Part shown: positions 29,006-37,107 of the stretch, piece by piece
Layout: every line of letters begins with the position of its first letter
Position numbering within the stretch: the first letter of the stretch is position 1
From: a virus
Lineage: Duplodnaviria > Heunggongvirae > Uroviricota > Caudoviricetes
DNA: 64,000 nt
Strand: one strand, 5' to 3'
IMG/VR virus record: IMGVR_UViG_3300037789_000070
Span: 202,576-266,575 of that record
Position numbers and translations under genes: made by a program
Notes under the pieces: model-generated
Told to the model about the DNA's origin: nothing
The model's database searches: none
Seen by the model: the letters and a program-made list of their open reading frames with translations, nothing else

Positions 29006-29024
29006 ATTAAAAGGCTATAATAAC

Positions 29025-29198
29025 ATGACCAGAGAAGAATTTTATCGGGGATTATGTGTTATCAAAGGAATTGACCCCGATCACACTTGTTATGGTGTAG
29101 GTCATTATTTAGAAAAGGGCACTTCCTACCCTGCTTGGGAAGTTCAACAAATCATTCACAAAGATTTCTTTGACGATAAAATCGACTTTGATGATTAA
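29025..29198 (+). CDS. small hypothetical protein (57 aa, absent from the ORF track)
   Basis: MTREEFYRGLCVIKG...KIDFDD* fills the gap exactly. Confidence 0.5.
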   Translation: MTREEFYRGLCVIKGIDPDHTCYGVGHYLEKGTSYPAWEVQQIIHKDFFDDKIDFDD

Positions 29199-29207
29199 AG
29201 GATTTAA

Positions 29208-29690
29208 ATGTCTTACTCTGAAGAATTATATGAAAACTTTATAAACGGTTACTGGAAAGCTCAAGAAGAGCGTCTTGAAAGGCTTTCAAAAGAGACAGCA
29301 TACGACTTATCGCCACTTTCTTATGAGCGCAGATCATTCGATTATTTAAAGACCCCTTCCAGCGTTAAACGACATCGCCAGTTGGTGTTAAAAGAATTTC
29401 TAGACAATCGTCGTCGTATACAAAGGAAATTTGACAAAAGATTTTATTATGAAAGAACTATTTCTCGTCAGAAAGAAAAATATAGTAAATTCTATTTTAC
29501 GACTGATGCCGATACAAACACCAATGTCTCTATAAAAACGGACAAAAACAAAAAAGAACTCGGTTTAGTCGATGGAATAGCTTATGAGATGACTTCGGAC
29601 GTCCCTTCTGTCATGAACAGTGGACCTATAACATCTCACCTCACTTTCATATTTCTTCTTTCTATGAGTTTAATGTTGTTAATTGTCTAA
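29208..29690 (+). CDS. hypothetical protein with C-terminal TM
   Basis: AAGGA SD; 160 aa. Confidence 0.7.
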   Translation: MSYSEELYENFINGYWKAQEERLERLSKETAYDLSPLSYERRSFDYLKTPSSVKRHRQLVLKEFLDNRRRIQRKFDKRFYYERTISRQKEKYSKFYFTTDADTNTNVSIKTDKNKKELGLVDGIAYEMTSDVPSVMNSGPITSHLTFIFLLSMSLMLLIV

Positions 29691-29695
29691 GTAAT

Positions 29696-29771
29696 AGACC
29701 TGTAGCTTAATGGTAAAGCCGGACGCTCATAACGTTATCAGATCTCCGTTCGAATCGGGGCGGGTCTACCA
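29696..29771 (+). tRNA. tRNA with CAT anticodon (elongator Met or Ile2), CCA encoded
   Basis: cloverleaf: AGACCTG/CGGGTCT acceptor, GCTT/AAGC D stem, CT-CAT-AA loop, TTCGAAT T loop; lacks initiator features. Confidence 0.9.
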
Positions 29772-29807
29772 GACAAAAACTTTTTTTCAGAAAAAATTAA
29801 AAAGGCG

Positions 29808-29835
29808 TTGACACTTTAAAAAAACTGGTTATATT
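29808..29835 (+). promoter_or_regulatory. sigma70-like promoter
   Basis: TTGACA-16 nt-TATATT with A/T-rich upstream tract. Confidence 0.7.
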
Positions 29836-29887
29836 GCTCCTTGTCATCAGGAACTGATGGACAGCTTAAACATCTCAACTTAAACAA

Positions 29888-30451
29888 ATGGAGAGCAACA
29901 TGACTGTTGAAACCACCGAAACGCAGACCGAACAGACTATCGCCACCGAAAATGCAACCGCCGTTATTACGGCTGACATGAGCGTCGATGCCTTCCTCGA
30001 TACGACCTATCGTTCTGAGGGTGACCGCACCGGCTACAAGACCACCAAGCTGCGCCGCTTCATCAAGATGTATTGTGACGACTTTGACATCGTGTATTCT
30101 GACATGACTGTCGATGCCCTGCAGTATATCGACCGCGAATGGCTTGCTAATGCCAAGAACTTCGGCAATGACACCCTGACGTTCCTTGAGCGGAAGCTGC
30201 TCGATGCTGGTTTCCATCTGGAAGATACCAAGACCATCGTCGATGTCCTTTCCATGGAAGTCTACATGTACGTGGACACCAACGGTTACGTGGTTCTTTC
30301 CACCGATGACCAGATCATGGGTGTGGGTCTCGATATGGCCGAAGCACTGGCCGAGTATCGCGCAACTCAGGTTCGCAACCGCACCAACACCCCGAAGGAA
30401 CTCACCGAGAACCTTTTCGGCGTGAAGAACGAGGAAGCCAACGCTTCTTGA
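29888..30451 (+). CDS. hypothetical protein (187 aa), probably a highly expressed early gene
   Basis: own promoter and terminator; C-ending codons (ACC, GAC, TTC, AAC, ATC) unlike the AT-rich flanks. Confidence 0.85.
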   Translation: MESNMTVETTETQTEQTIATENATAVITADMSVDAFLDTTYRSEGDRTGYKTTKLRRFIKMYCDDFDIVYSDMTVDALQYIDREWLANAKNFGNDTLTFLERKLLDAGFHLEDTKTIVDVLSMEVYMYVDTNGYVVLSTDDQIMGVGLDMAEALAEYRATQVRNRTNTPKELTENLFGVKNEEANAS

Positions 30452-30473
30452 TTTCAAGAAACTGGCCTATAAT

Positions 30474-30512
30474 AGAGTCGTCTCCATAAAAGGAGGCGAC
30501 TCTTTTTATTTT
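30474..30512 (+). terminator. intrinsic terminator
   Basis: AGAGTCGTCTCC / GGAGGCGACTCT stem plus TTTTATTTT. Confidence 0.85.
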
Positions 30513-30523
30513 AAGGAAGCATT

Positions 30524-30739
30524 ATGAGAGAATTAGAACATTTTATTGAAAAATACAGAAATGAATGGCTTTTGTTCTGGGGAATAATTACATGTCTAAT
30601 CAATTCTTTCCTACTTCTCCTTAGTACAAATCCACTATTCTTTCATGCTGGTATTGTTGGTCTTCTCTTTGCCGCTGTGCTATCATATATCCTTGTTGAA
30701 ATAGTAAGAAAAAAGGGCGAGAATAAATCCCGCCCTTAA
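30524..30739 (+). CDS. small membrane protein (2 TM)
   Basis: AAGGA SD; hydrophobic. Confidence 0.7.
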   Translation: MRELEHFIEKYRNEWLLFWGIITCLINSFLLLLSTNPLFFHAGIVGLLFAAVLSYILVEIVRKKGENKSRP

Positions 30740-30763
30740 GTTGGTTTAAAATGTCTCTATTGA

Positions 30764-31537
30764 CTAGAGATCGTCTTCTCTTGGCTTATAGTCGTAACGA
30801 GCAATTGCATCGTTAGCAACTCTAGCTGAAATTGAAGATAGGTCGCTGGAAGCACTGTCAGCCGCAGGCTTAATTGCAGCCGCCATTCTGTTAAGAACTT
30901 CCTTAAGGACCTTTCTCTGACGACGAGCAACGCTTACGTCAGCACTTGGGTCCTGAGAATTTGCAAGAACAAATTCGACAGCAGCAATGATAGCAACAAC
31001 ATTTGCCTCAAAGGTGTCATCGAGACGGCCTTCCTTGATTTCACCACTATCAGCTTCCGAAAGGTACTTGGTACCACCAGTTGCTGCACCACCATCTAGG
31101 GTAGTAGAAGTTCCGTCACCAGAAACAGTAGCTGCACCAACAATGCTGATGTTAGCAGCCGTATCTAAAGTTGCTTCTAGGGTAAAAGCGTTACCAACAG
31201 GACCTGCAACTTTATATTCGATGTCCACTTGATCATTGTCCAAGTCTGCTGTATATGTAACCAAGTCTAGAACACCTTCTTGTGCTTCAAGAGCAGCAGC
31301 AGTGTTAAGAACTGATACAATTTCAGTGACCTGTGCATCAATGGTGGTTTTGACATCAATTTCATAATAACCAGAAGGATCGTCTTTGAAGGTGAAAGTC
31401 ACACCATTAACAACGATAACATCATCTTCAATTGGCTCATCATTCGCAAGTGTAATAGTTGCGGATGCCTTAGCAACACCAGAACTGCCCTGAGCAGCAG
31501 TTAGAATTGCCGAAATGTTTGACTGTGTAATAGCCAT
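30764..31537 (-). CDS. virion structural / decoration-like protein (start revised to MAITQ)
   Basis: AGGAG SD, late promoter at 31606-31611, Ala/Thr-rich beta-domain ASATITL...IVVNGVTFTF; ends in TAG. Confidence 0.7.
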   Translation of the reverse strand: MAITQSNISAILTAAQGSSGVAKASATITLANDEPIEDDVIVVNGVTFTFKDDPSGYYEIDVKTTIDAQVTEIVSVLNTAAALEAQEGVLDLVTYTADLDNDQVDIEYKVAGPVGNAFTLEATLDTAANISIVGAATVSGDGTSTTLDGGAATGGTKYLSEADSGEIKEGRLDDTFEANVVAIIAAVEFVLANSQDPSADVSVARRQRKVLKEVLNRMAAAIKPAADSASSDLSSISARVANDAIARYDYKPREDDL

Positions 31538-31605
31538 TATATTTTTCTCCTCGCCCCTTATTACAAAATACGAGACGTCTCGGGGCACCACTTCTCGTAT
31601 GTGTC

Positions 31606-31636
31606 TATTTACAGATTCAAATCAAAAGTTTATAAT
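31606..31636. promoter_or_regulatory. overlapping divergent promoters: late TAAATA (minus, 31606-31611) and sigma70-like TTTACA-17-TATAAT (plus, 31608-31636)
   Basis: both consensus matches read directly. Confidence 0.65.
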
Positions 31637-31667
31637 TAAGGCCCCAAAACTATGAAAAGGAGATAAA

Positions 31668-32078
31668 ATGTTCCCAGACAATTACGCACTTCGACCACTA
31701 AAGGGCGGTAAAACTAGAAATGTTATTTTTTATTCCAGAAAAGGACTAATAGAAACAACAAATACATTTCAAATAAATATTTGGAATGTAGAAGACGCCT
31801 TAAAGCTTATGGAAGAAAATAATCTTGATCCTTATGCTTTTCGTTTTGATTTAGAAAACAAAAACGGAAGTTGTGCTGCTACTAGTCAACTATTCTTTTT
31901 GAGCGGGAAAGTAATTGAGAAAGAGAAACTGAATTACAAACGGGACGGCAAGATCTTAAATTATATGGAAATCCATTCCTGTAATCGTATCTATGTCAAT
32001 ACCAGTCACCATTTCACCAAACCTATGCGTCATAATGATGTAATGATCGATAAAGATGGCAAAAAATATGATTACTGA
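31668..32078 (+). CDS. hypothetical protein (136 aa)
   Basis: AGGAG SD. Confidence 0.75.
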   Translation: MFPDNYALRPLKGGKTRNVIFYSRKGLIETTNTFQINIWNVEDALKLMEENNLDPYAFRFDLENKNGSCAATSQLFFLSGKVIEKEKLNYKRDGKILNYMEIHSCNRIYVNTSHHFTKPMRHNDVMIDKDGKKYDY

Positions 32079-32511
32079 AATTGTTAATGGGAATATTATA
32101 GATACCGATTTAAAGTTCATTGCCCATGGCTGTAATGCTCAAGGGGTCATGCGATCTGGTGTTGCCAAGGCTATTCGTGAAAAATGGCCCACCTCTTATC
32201 AAAAATACCATGAAGCTTGGACTTGTTTAGGGTCTAAGGAATTAAAGATGGGGTCGGTGATTGTTGCAGTTGAAAAAGAAAAAGTGATTTTCAACTGTAT
32301 TACTCAGAGATTTTTTGGAAGAGACGGTAAAAGGTACGTTAATTATAGCGCGATCACTCGGTGCTTTAATCACATCAACAAAATTATCCCCAATGAAACC
32401 ATGGCCATCCCTATGATTGGGGCAGGCCTAGGAGGGGGTGATTGGAAGGTGATCAAAGACATAATTAATACTGCTACACCTGACGTCAATATTCACCTCC
32501 ATGTCATATAA
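32068..32511 (+). CDS. macro domain (ADP-ribose binding/hydrolase) protein
   Basis: GNIID...IAHGCNAQGVMRSGVAKAI...PMIGAGLGGGDW. Confidence 0.92.
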   Translation: MITEIVNGNIIDTDLKFIAHGCNAQGVMRSGVAKAIREKWPTSYQKYHEAWTCLGSKELKMGSVIVAVEKEKVIFNCITQRFFGRDGKRYVNYSAITRCFNHINKIIPNETMAIPMIGAGLGGGDWKVIKDIINTATPDVNIHLHVI

Positions 32512-32815
32512 ACTCTAGTTGTTCAGGGTTATAGATGTGAAGAATGCCAGAAACCTCTGGAACAGTACATTCTACCACATAACGTTTCTTTCCTGATAAG
32601 GTTTTGAATACTGATACTATTTTACCGGGAAACTTATAACCTGTTTTCTTTTGTACTGACTTTCCTATTTCATCATCGTCTTCAAAAGAAACATCCCTAT
32701 CTAAAAGTTTCATTATTTCTATAGCTTCATCACAAGTAATCGTAAATGCATAATCCGATGCTGCTCTTGTACCAAGGCGTGAAATATTATTTTCAAGTTT
32801 CTCCTTGACATCCAT
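32504..32815 (-). CDS. protein with C-terminal DfrB/R67-DHFR-like SH3 fold (start revised to MDVKEK)
   Basis: GKSVQKKTGYKFPGKIV...YVVE...GILHIY...LE aligns by eye with R67 GDRVRKKSGAAWQGQIV...YAVE...GSVQIY...LE; AGGAG SD. Confidence 0.6.
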   Translation of the reverse strand: MDVKEKLENNISRLGTRAASDYAFTITCDEAIEIMKLLDRDVSFEDDDEIGKSVQKKTGYKFPGKIVSVFKTLSGKKRYVVECTVPEVSGILHIYNPEQLEFI

Positions 32816-32862
32816 GTAAACTTCTCCTATTAATGTAGTGTTAGTCCAATTATAGGTCAAAA

Positions 32863-33858
32863 ATGTCTTTTGTTAAGTTTCCAAAATTAAGAGCATTCCA
32901 TAATGTAAGGAAAAGTGCTCTCACATTGAATGTGAACACCAGCATTGTCTATGAAGCTAAGATTAAACTTCATGGAACAAATTGTGGTGTCTGTGTGAAG
33001 CCTAATGGCGAAGTTCTGCCTCAGCGTAGAAATGATATCATTTCAACCGACACAGATAATTATGGTTTTGGGGAGTGGATCACCGAAACAAACAACTATT
33101 GGTCTTCAATTAAAAAAGATAACGAAGAAATCGTGGTCTTTGGCGAATGGTTTGGTAACGGAGTCCTAAAAGGAACTTCTGCAAACCTAGTAAAAGAAAA
33201 ATCATTTGCAGTATTCGCTGTCCATATTAGAAATAAAATCATCTCTAATAGTAACGAAATTGAAAGGATATTATCAAAAGGCATAGATAGACCATCAAAC
33301 CTTTTTGTTATTCCAGAAATTAAGGACAAAGAAACAGGTGCTAAGAAGCAAATTGAAGTTTTCTTTAAGAATGTCGGTTCTTGTGAACAAGCAAGTGAAA
33401 TCATCAATACTCTAGTTGAGGAAGTAGTTTCTTGTGACCCGTTCATTAGTGAAACCTTTGGTATTGATGGGGGTGGAGAGGGCTTAGTTTTTCATCAAGT
33501 CGGAACTCATGAACTCAAAAGTTATGAAACCTTCTCCTTCAAAGCCAAAGAAAAGAAATTCAGAACAACCAAACAAAAGAACCCTGCCCAAATCGATCCA
33601 GAGCTTGCAAAAGATATTGATGGTTTTATTGATATCGTATTAACCGAAAGTCGGTTGCAACAAGGCGTTGAAGAAATTGGGGCTGATGAAGACCATGACA
33701 TTCTACATCTTGGTAACTTTGTCCAATGGATTGGTAAGGACGTCAAACATGAATGTAAAGACGAACTTAAAGCAGCTAATTTGACTTGGAAACAGGTTTC
33801 AAAGAAGACGATTGAAAGGGCAAAAGAATGGTATATGGATCAAGGAAAATGGCACTAA
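32863..33858 (+). CDS. rnl2: RNA ligase, Rnl2 family
   Basis: motif I KLHGTN, FGEWFG, GEGLVF, FKAKEKKF. Confidence 0.85.
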   Translation: MSFVKFPKLRAFHNVRKSALTLNVNTSIVYEAKIKLHGTNCGVCVKPNGEVLPQRRNDIISTDTDNYGFGEWITETNNYWSSIKKDNEEIVVFGEWFGNGVLKGTSANLVKEKSFAVFAVHIRNKIISNSNEIERILSKGIDRPSNLFVIPEIKDKETGAKKQIEVFFKNVGSCEQASEIINTLVEEVVSCDPFISETFGIDGGGEGLVFHQVGTHELKSYETFSFKAKEKKFRTTKQKNPAQIDPELAKDIDGFIDIVLTESRLQQGVEEIGADEDHDILHLGNFVQWIGKDVKHECKDELKAANLTWKQVSKKTIERAKEWYMDQGKWH

Positions 33859-34058
33859 AAGAAAAGCTAAGCTGGTGGTTGAATGGTATTTTTACAATGA
33901 TACTCATTATAATGGCCATATCCTATTTGCCGGGTTCGGCTTATGATCCAGCACCCTTACCAGCTATCATTGGATGTTTTTATTGTTGGCTTTCAAGTGG
34001 TTTCGGTGTGTTTATCACTTCAAAAGACGAAAAATATGAATTGATTAGGCGACGTTAG
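33849..34058 (+). CDS. small membrane protein (2 TM; start revised to MALKEK)
   Basis: AAGGA SD; hydrophobic; ends in TAG. Confidence 0.65.
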   Translation: MALKEKLSWWLNGIFTMILIIMAISYLPGSAYDPAPLPAIIGCFYCWLSSGFGVFITSKDEKYELIRRR

Positions 34059-35386
34059 ATATATAACGTCTTTCCTATATATTCACTTAGGGTCTGCTTT
34101 ATAATCTTCTCAAATGCTTTGAAAATAGCTACAATTTCTTCAGGAGTGTCAGGCTTTAATTTAATCTTATTAAGAACTACATAAGAAGCAAACATTTCTG
34201 CTTCAAATTCTTCTGTAAGCCAAGTACTTCCATTCTTTATCGACTTTATATCAGCATAAAGCTTAAGTGCTCTAGCGATACAATTTCCGTTATCGTTGCG
34301 GTTATCATATTTCCTAATCACGGTTCTTAGTTTAGAATATGCGTTTGATTTATATATTAATTGCGACCAAGTATCATATGAATGCGCAATTCTGTGCGCC
34401 AACATCCACGGCGATAAGAAGTGGACTAATCCTTTGTCTACCAATTCATCAGTTGTAGAATTCCCTGCATAAATGACATTGATTGCATCCTCTCTAGGAA
34501 CGTAGCCAAAGTTATCCTTTAGTTTCTCTTCATCTGTTTCTACTCCCCTCTGTAAAGTAGAAACTCCAAGACCTTTTTTTCTAGCATCGTCTGGCGTTTT
34601 AGAACCAAGGCTATCATCTGGATATTCTTGATCGATTATTCCAGCCATATACGTGTCATAATCAGTTTCTAAAAAATGTAATGCAAATTTAAACCTACTC
34701 TGCCAATTGCCAATCAAAACAGAACGCCATTTCTCAGACCGTATCTTTTGAGTGTCCCTTTTAAAGGACCCCTCAGAGCCGTCTCTATCAGTATGATATG
34801 AAACATCTACAATTGGAGACTCTGTTATCTTCTTGGTTTCCACAGGACGTATAGATGCCATAAGAATAGCCGCTTTATTGACATCATCATAAGCCACGTC
34901 AGTTCGTTTTACCGGACGACGAGAAATAGTAAGACGACCTCTCGTATCATTGGAAGAAAATGAAGCATTCCTTATGAGGTACACAGGATATTTCCTTGCA
35001 ATCTTTTTCCATACTGCCTTAGAACTAGGAGATTGAGCATTATCTGAAAAGACGATGCCTTTCTCTTTAAGTAACCATTCATAAAAAGATAAGCCTATTC
35101 CCTGTCCCCGGTATTCTTTATCAAGAAATATACTCTCAACAACAAAACCATCAAAGTTCTGGTATGTGGCTTGACCAATAGAAACCCGACCTATTACCTC
35201 TTTATTAAATGTGATTGATAATTCATTCCACGAAGAATTGAAATCTACCGCACTATAGACTTCATAAGTTTCAAAACTTCCTACAAGAATGCTGTCTGGC
35301 TCTAATACAGAAAATTCAGGATCGCCTTCATAATCAGCTTTGAAAGCTTCTTTATCTCCGAGGTCTCTTATCTCTTTTAAGTTCAT
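34055..35386 (-). CDS. GNAT acetyltransferase domain fused to a zincin-like (HRxxH) domain; late gene
   Basis: IFLDKEYRGQGIG...SDNAQS...VWKK; WMLAHRIAH...EFEAEMFASY; internal KITES. Confidence 0.7.
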   Translation of the reverse strand: MNLKEIRDLGDKEAFKADYEGDPEFSVLEPDSILVGSFETYEVYSAVDFNSSWNELSITFNKEVIGRVSIGQATYQNFDGFVVESIFLDKEYRGQGIGLSFYEWLLKEKGIVFSDNAQSPSSKAVWKKIARKYPVYLIRNASFSSNDTRGRLTISRRPVKRTDVAYDDVNKAAILMASIRPVETKKITESPIVDVSYHTDRDGSEGSFKRDTQKIRSEKWRSVLIGNWQSRFKFALHFLETDYDTYMAGIIDQEYPDDSLGSKTPDDARKKGLGVSTLQRGVETDEEKLKDNFGYVPREDAINVIYAGNSTTDELVDKGLVHFLSPWMLAHRIAHSYDTWSQLIYKSNAYSKLRTVIRKYDNRNDNGNCIARALKLYADIKSIKNGSTWLTEEFEAEMFASYVVLNKIKLKPDTPEEIVAIFKAFEKIIKQTLSEYIGKTLYI

Positions 35387-35397
35387 TTTAAATACTC

Positions 35398-35424
35398 AAA
35401 CCTATTTATTCAATAAATAGGTTT
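35398..35424. promoter_or_regulatory. palindromic back-to-back late promoters
   Basis: AAACCTATTTATT-C-AATAAATAGGTTT with TAAATA on both strands, between divergent genes. Confidence 0.8.
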
Positions 35425-37107
35425 ATGGCGATTTTACTAGATATCCTGACTGAAAATAAAGCAAAGTATATGCAGATGTTTTTGCCTCTTGGAGAAGAGG
35501 TTGCAAATACTGCATATGTTAGAACTAATATTAAATGGGCACGTCAGGCCCTCAAGAAAGAGGATAGGATTGTCTGGTATCTACGGTTTCTTCGTTTAGG
35601 TGTTGTGGCTCAGTTTGCATTTAAGCAGCAGCCAGTAGAGATTTCTGAAGAACACACTAAAAAATTGATAGATTTTTATAAGAAAGAAATTGATAATTTA
35701 TATAAGTCAGGACAATTATCAAGTCCTCAAGAAGGAGCAGACATTGGTTCAGAGGCCCTAATAAATGGAAGACTCAAAACCAACCTAACCCACATAGCTG
35801 CTATGTCGGAAATTATTCCTGAAATGGACAAATTAATTTTTGGTAGGAAGGACGTCAGTTCTCTTTTTCAAGAAGCAAATGAAATTGAAAATCATTGGAA
35901 AAGTCAAAGAGAAGAGAATAGTCTAGAAGAAGAAGACCTTCATACAGTTGTGTTGAAGTTTTCTGATGGGTCAGCTTGGTTTAATCTGAATGCGTCATCT
36001 TGTTCAGATGAAGCAAGGGCCATGGGCCATTGTGGTAATTCTCAAGGTTTTTATTCAGACACTATTCTTTCTTTTAGAACTCCATTAGGAGAACGTTGGG
36101 TTCCTCATCTCACCTTTATTTTAGATGAAGACGGACAATTAGGAGAAATGAAAGGCAGGGGTAATGAGAAACCTGCAAAACGATATCACCCTTATATTGT
36201 AGAACTACTTCGCCTTCCAATGATTACTGGATTAAAAGGCGGCGGTTATCTTCCTCAAAACAATTTCAGTTTCGATGATTTAGATGAAAGGGAGAAACAA
36301 AGTTTATATGAGGAGAAGCCCGTACTCGCCTCAAATAGTTTTCTCTTGGGAAAAATAAAAGAAGATCCAAATATACTTCCCGAATTGGTAAAAAGAGTGA
36401 CGAAAGTTTTTTATGATTTTAAAATTTCAAAGGACAAAACTTCTGACGTCAGCTTAGAAACAAAATTATATTATGATAAATTTACAGATGTCACCGACAT
36501 GATTAAAGACATATTTGGTGAACGAAGTAATATGTACCATCTTGCAAAAATAATTAACGGTGAAGATCATATTGATGTCTGGTATGATCGTAGTACTAAA
36601 GATGTTATTGAGTTCGCTAGTAATTCATTGAGTTATACTCAGATCGAAGCAATAGCAAATCATTTTGGAATTAAGTATGATGAAGATGAACATGATACAG
36701 AGGAAAAACTTCTTAAATTTATGATTGAAGAAAATGCAGAAGTAGAAAGTTTGTTAGATATGGCCTTATTCAGAGGTGATGAAACAGGGTATATGGATGA
36801 CGCGTATGATAAGTTCAAGAACAACCTGTCCTTCGAGTTTCTAAATAAAACCTTTACTATAGTAGAGGATCATGAAACCCCCAGAATAGAAATATCATTA
36901 AAAGATGCAATTGAATTAATGGGTAAACCTGAATTTCAAGAATATACTGATGAAGAACATGGAGAATTTTATATCATGAATACTTCTGATCTATATTTTG
37001 ATCTTTCTGACATAGATGACCAAACTATGAGTTATATAGAAGGGTTCTCAGAAGAGTCCTTCTTTGAATATTTCAATGAAGAAGGTGTGGAGTTACCCAA
37101 AAGATAA
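35425..37107 (+). CDS. putative head-packaged protein with PcfJ-like domain (paralogue A)
   Basis: MAILLDILTE; EARAMGHCGN...ILSFR...PHLTFI...GEMKGRGNEKP. Confidence 0.75.
   Translation: MAILLDILTENKAKYMQMFLPLGEEVANTAYVRTNIKWARQALKKEDRIVWYLRFLRLGVVAQFAFKQQPVEISEEHTKKLIDFYKKEIDNLYKSGQLSSPQEGADIGSEALINGRLKTNLTHIAAMSEIIPEMDKLIFGRKDVSSLFQEANEIENHWKSQREENSLEEEDLHTVVLKFSDGSAWFNLNASSCSDEARAMGHCGNSQGFYSDTILSFRTPLGERWVPHLTFILDEDGQLGEMKGRGNEKPAKRYHPYIVELLRLPMITGLKGGGYLPQNNFSFDDLDEREKQSLYEEKPVLASNSFLLGKIKEDPNILPELVKRVTKVFYDFKISKDKTSDVSLETKLYYDKFTDVTDMIKDIFGERSNMYHLAKIINGEDHIDVWYDRSTKDVIEFASNSLSYTQIEAIANHFGIKYDEDEHDTEEKLLKFMIEENAEVESLLDMALFRGDETGYMDDAYDKFKNNLSFEFLNKTFTIVEDHETPRIEISLKDAIELMGKPEFQEYTDEEHGEFYIMNTSDLYFDLSDIDDQTMSYIEGFSEESFFEYFNEEGVELPKR

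Noticed and set aside
29816-30457. 213-aa minus-strand ORF
   Set aside because: Antisense shadow of the codon-biased + strand gene, which has the promoter and terminator.
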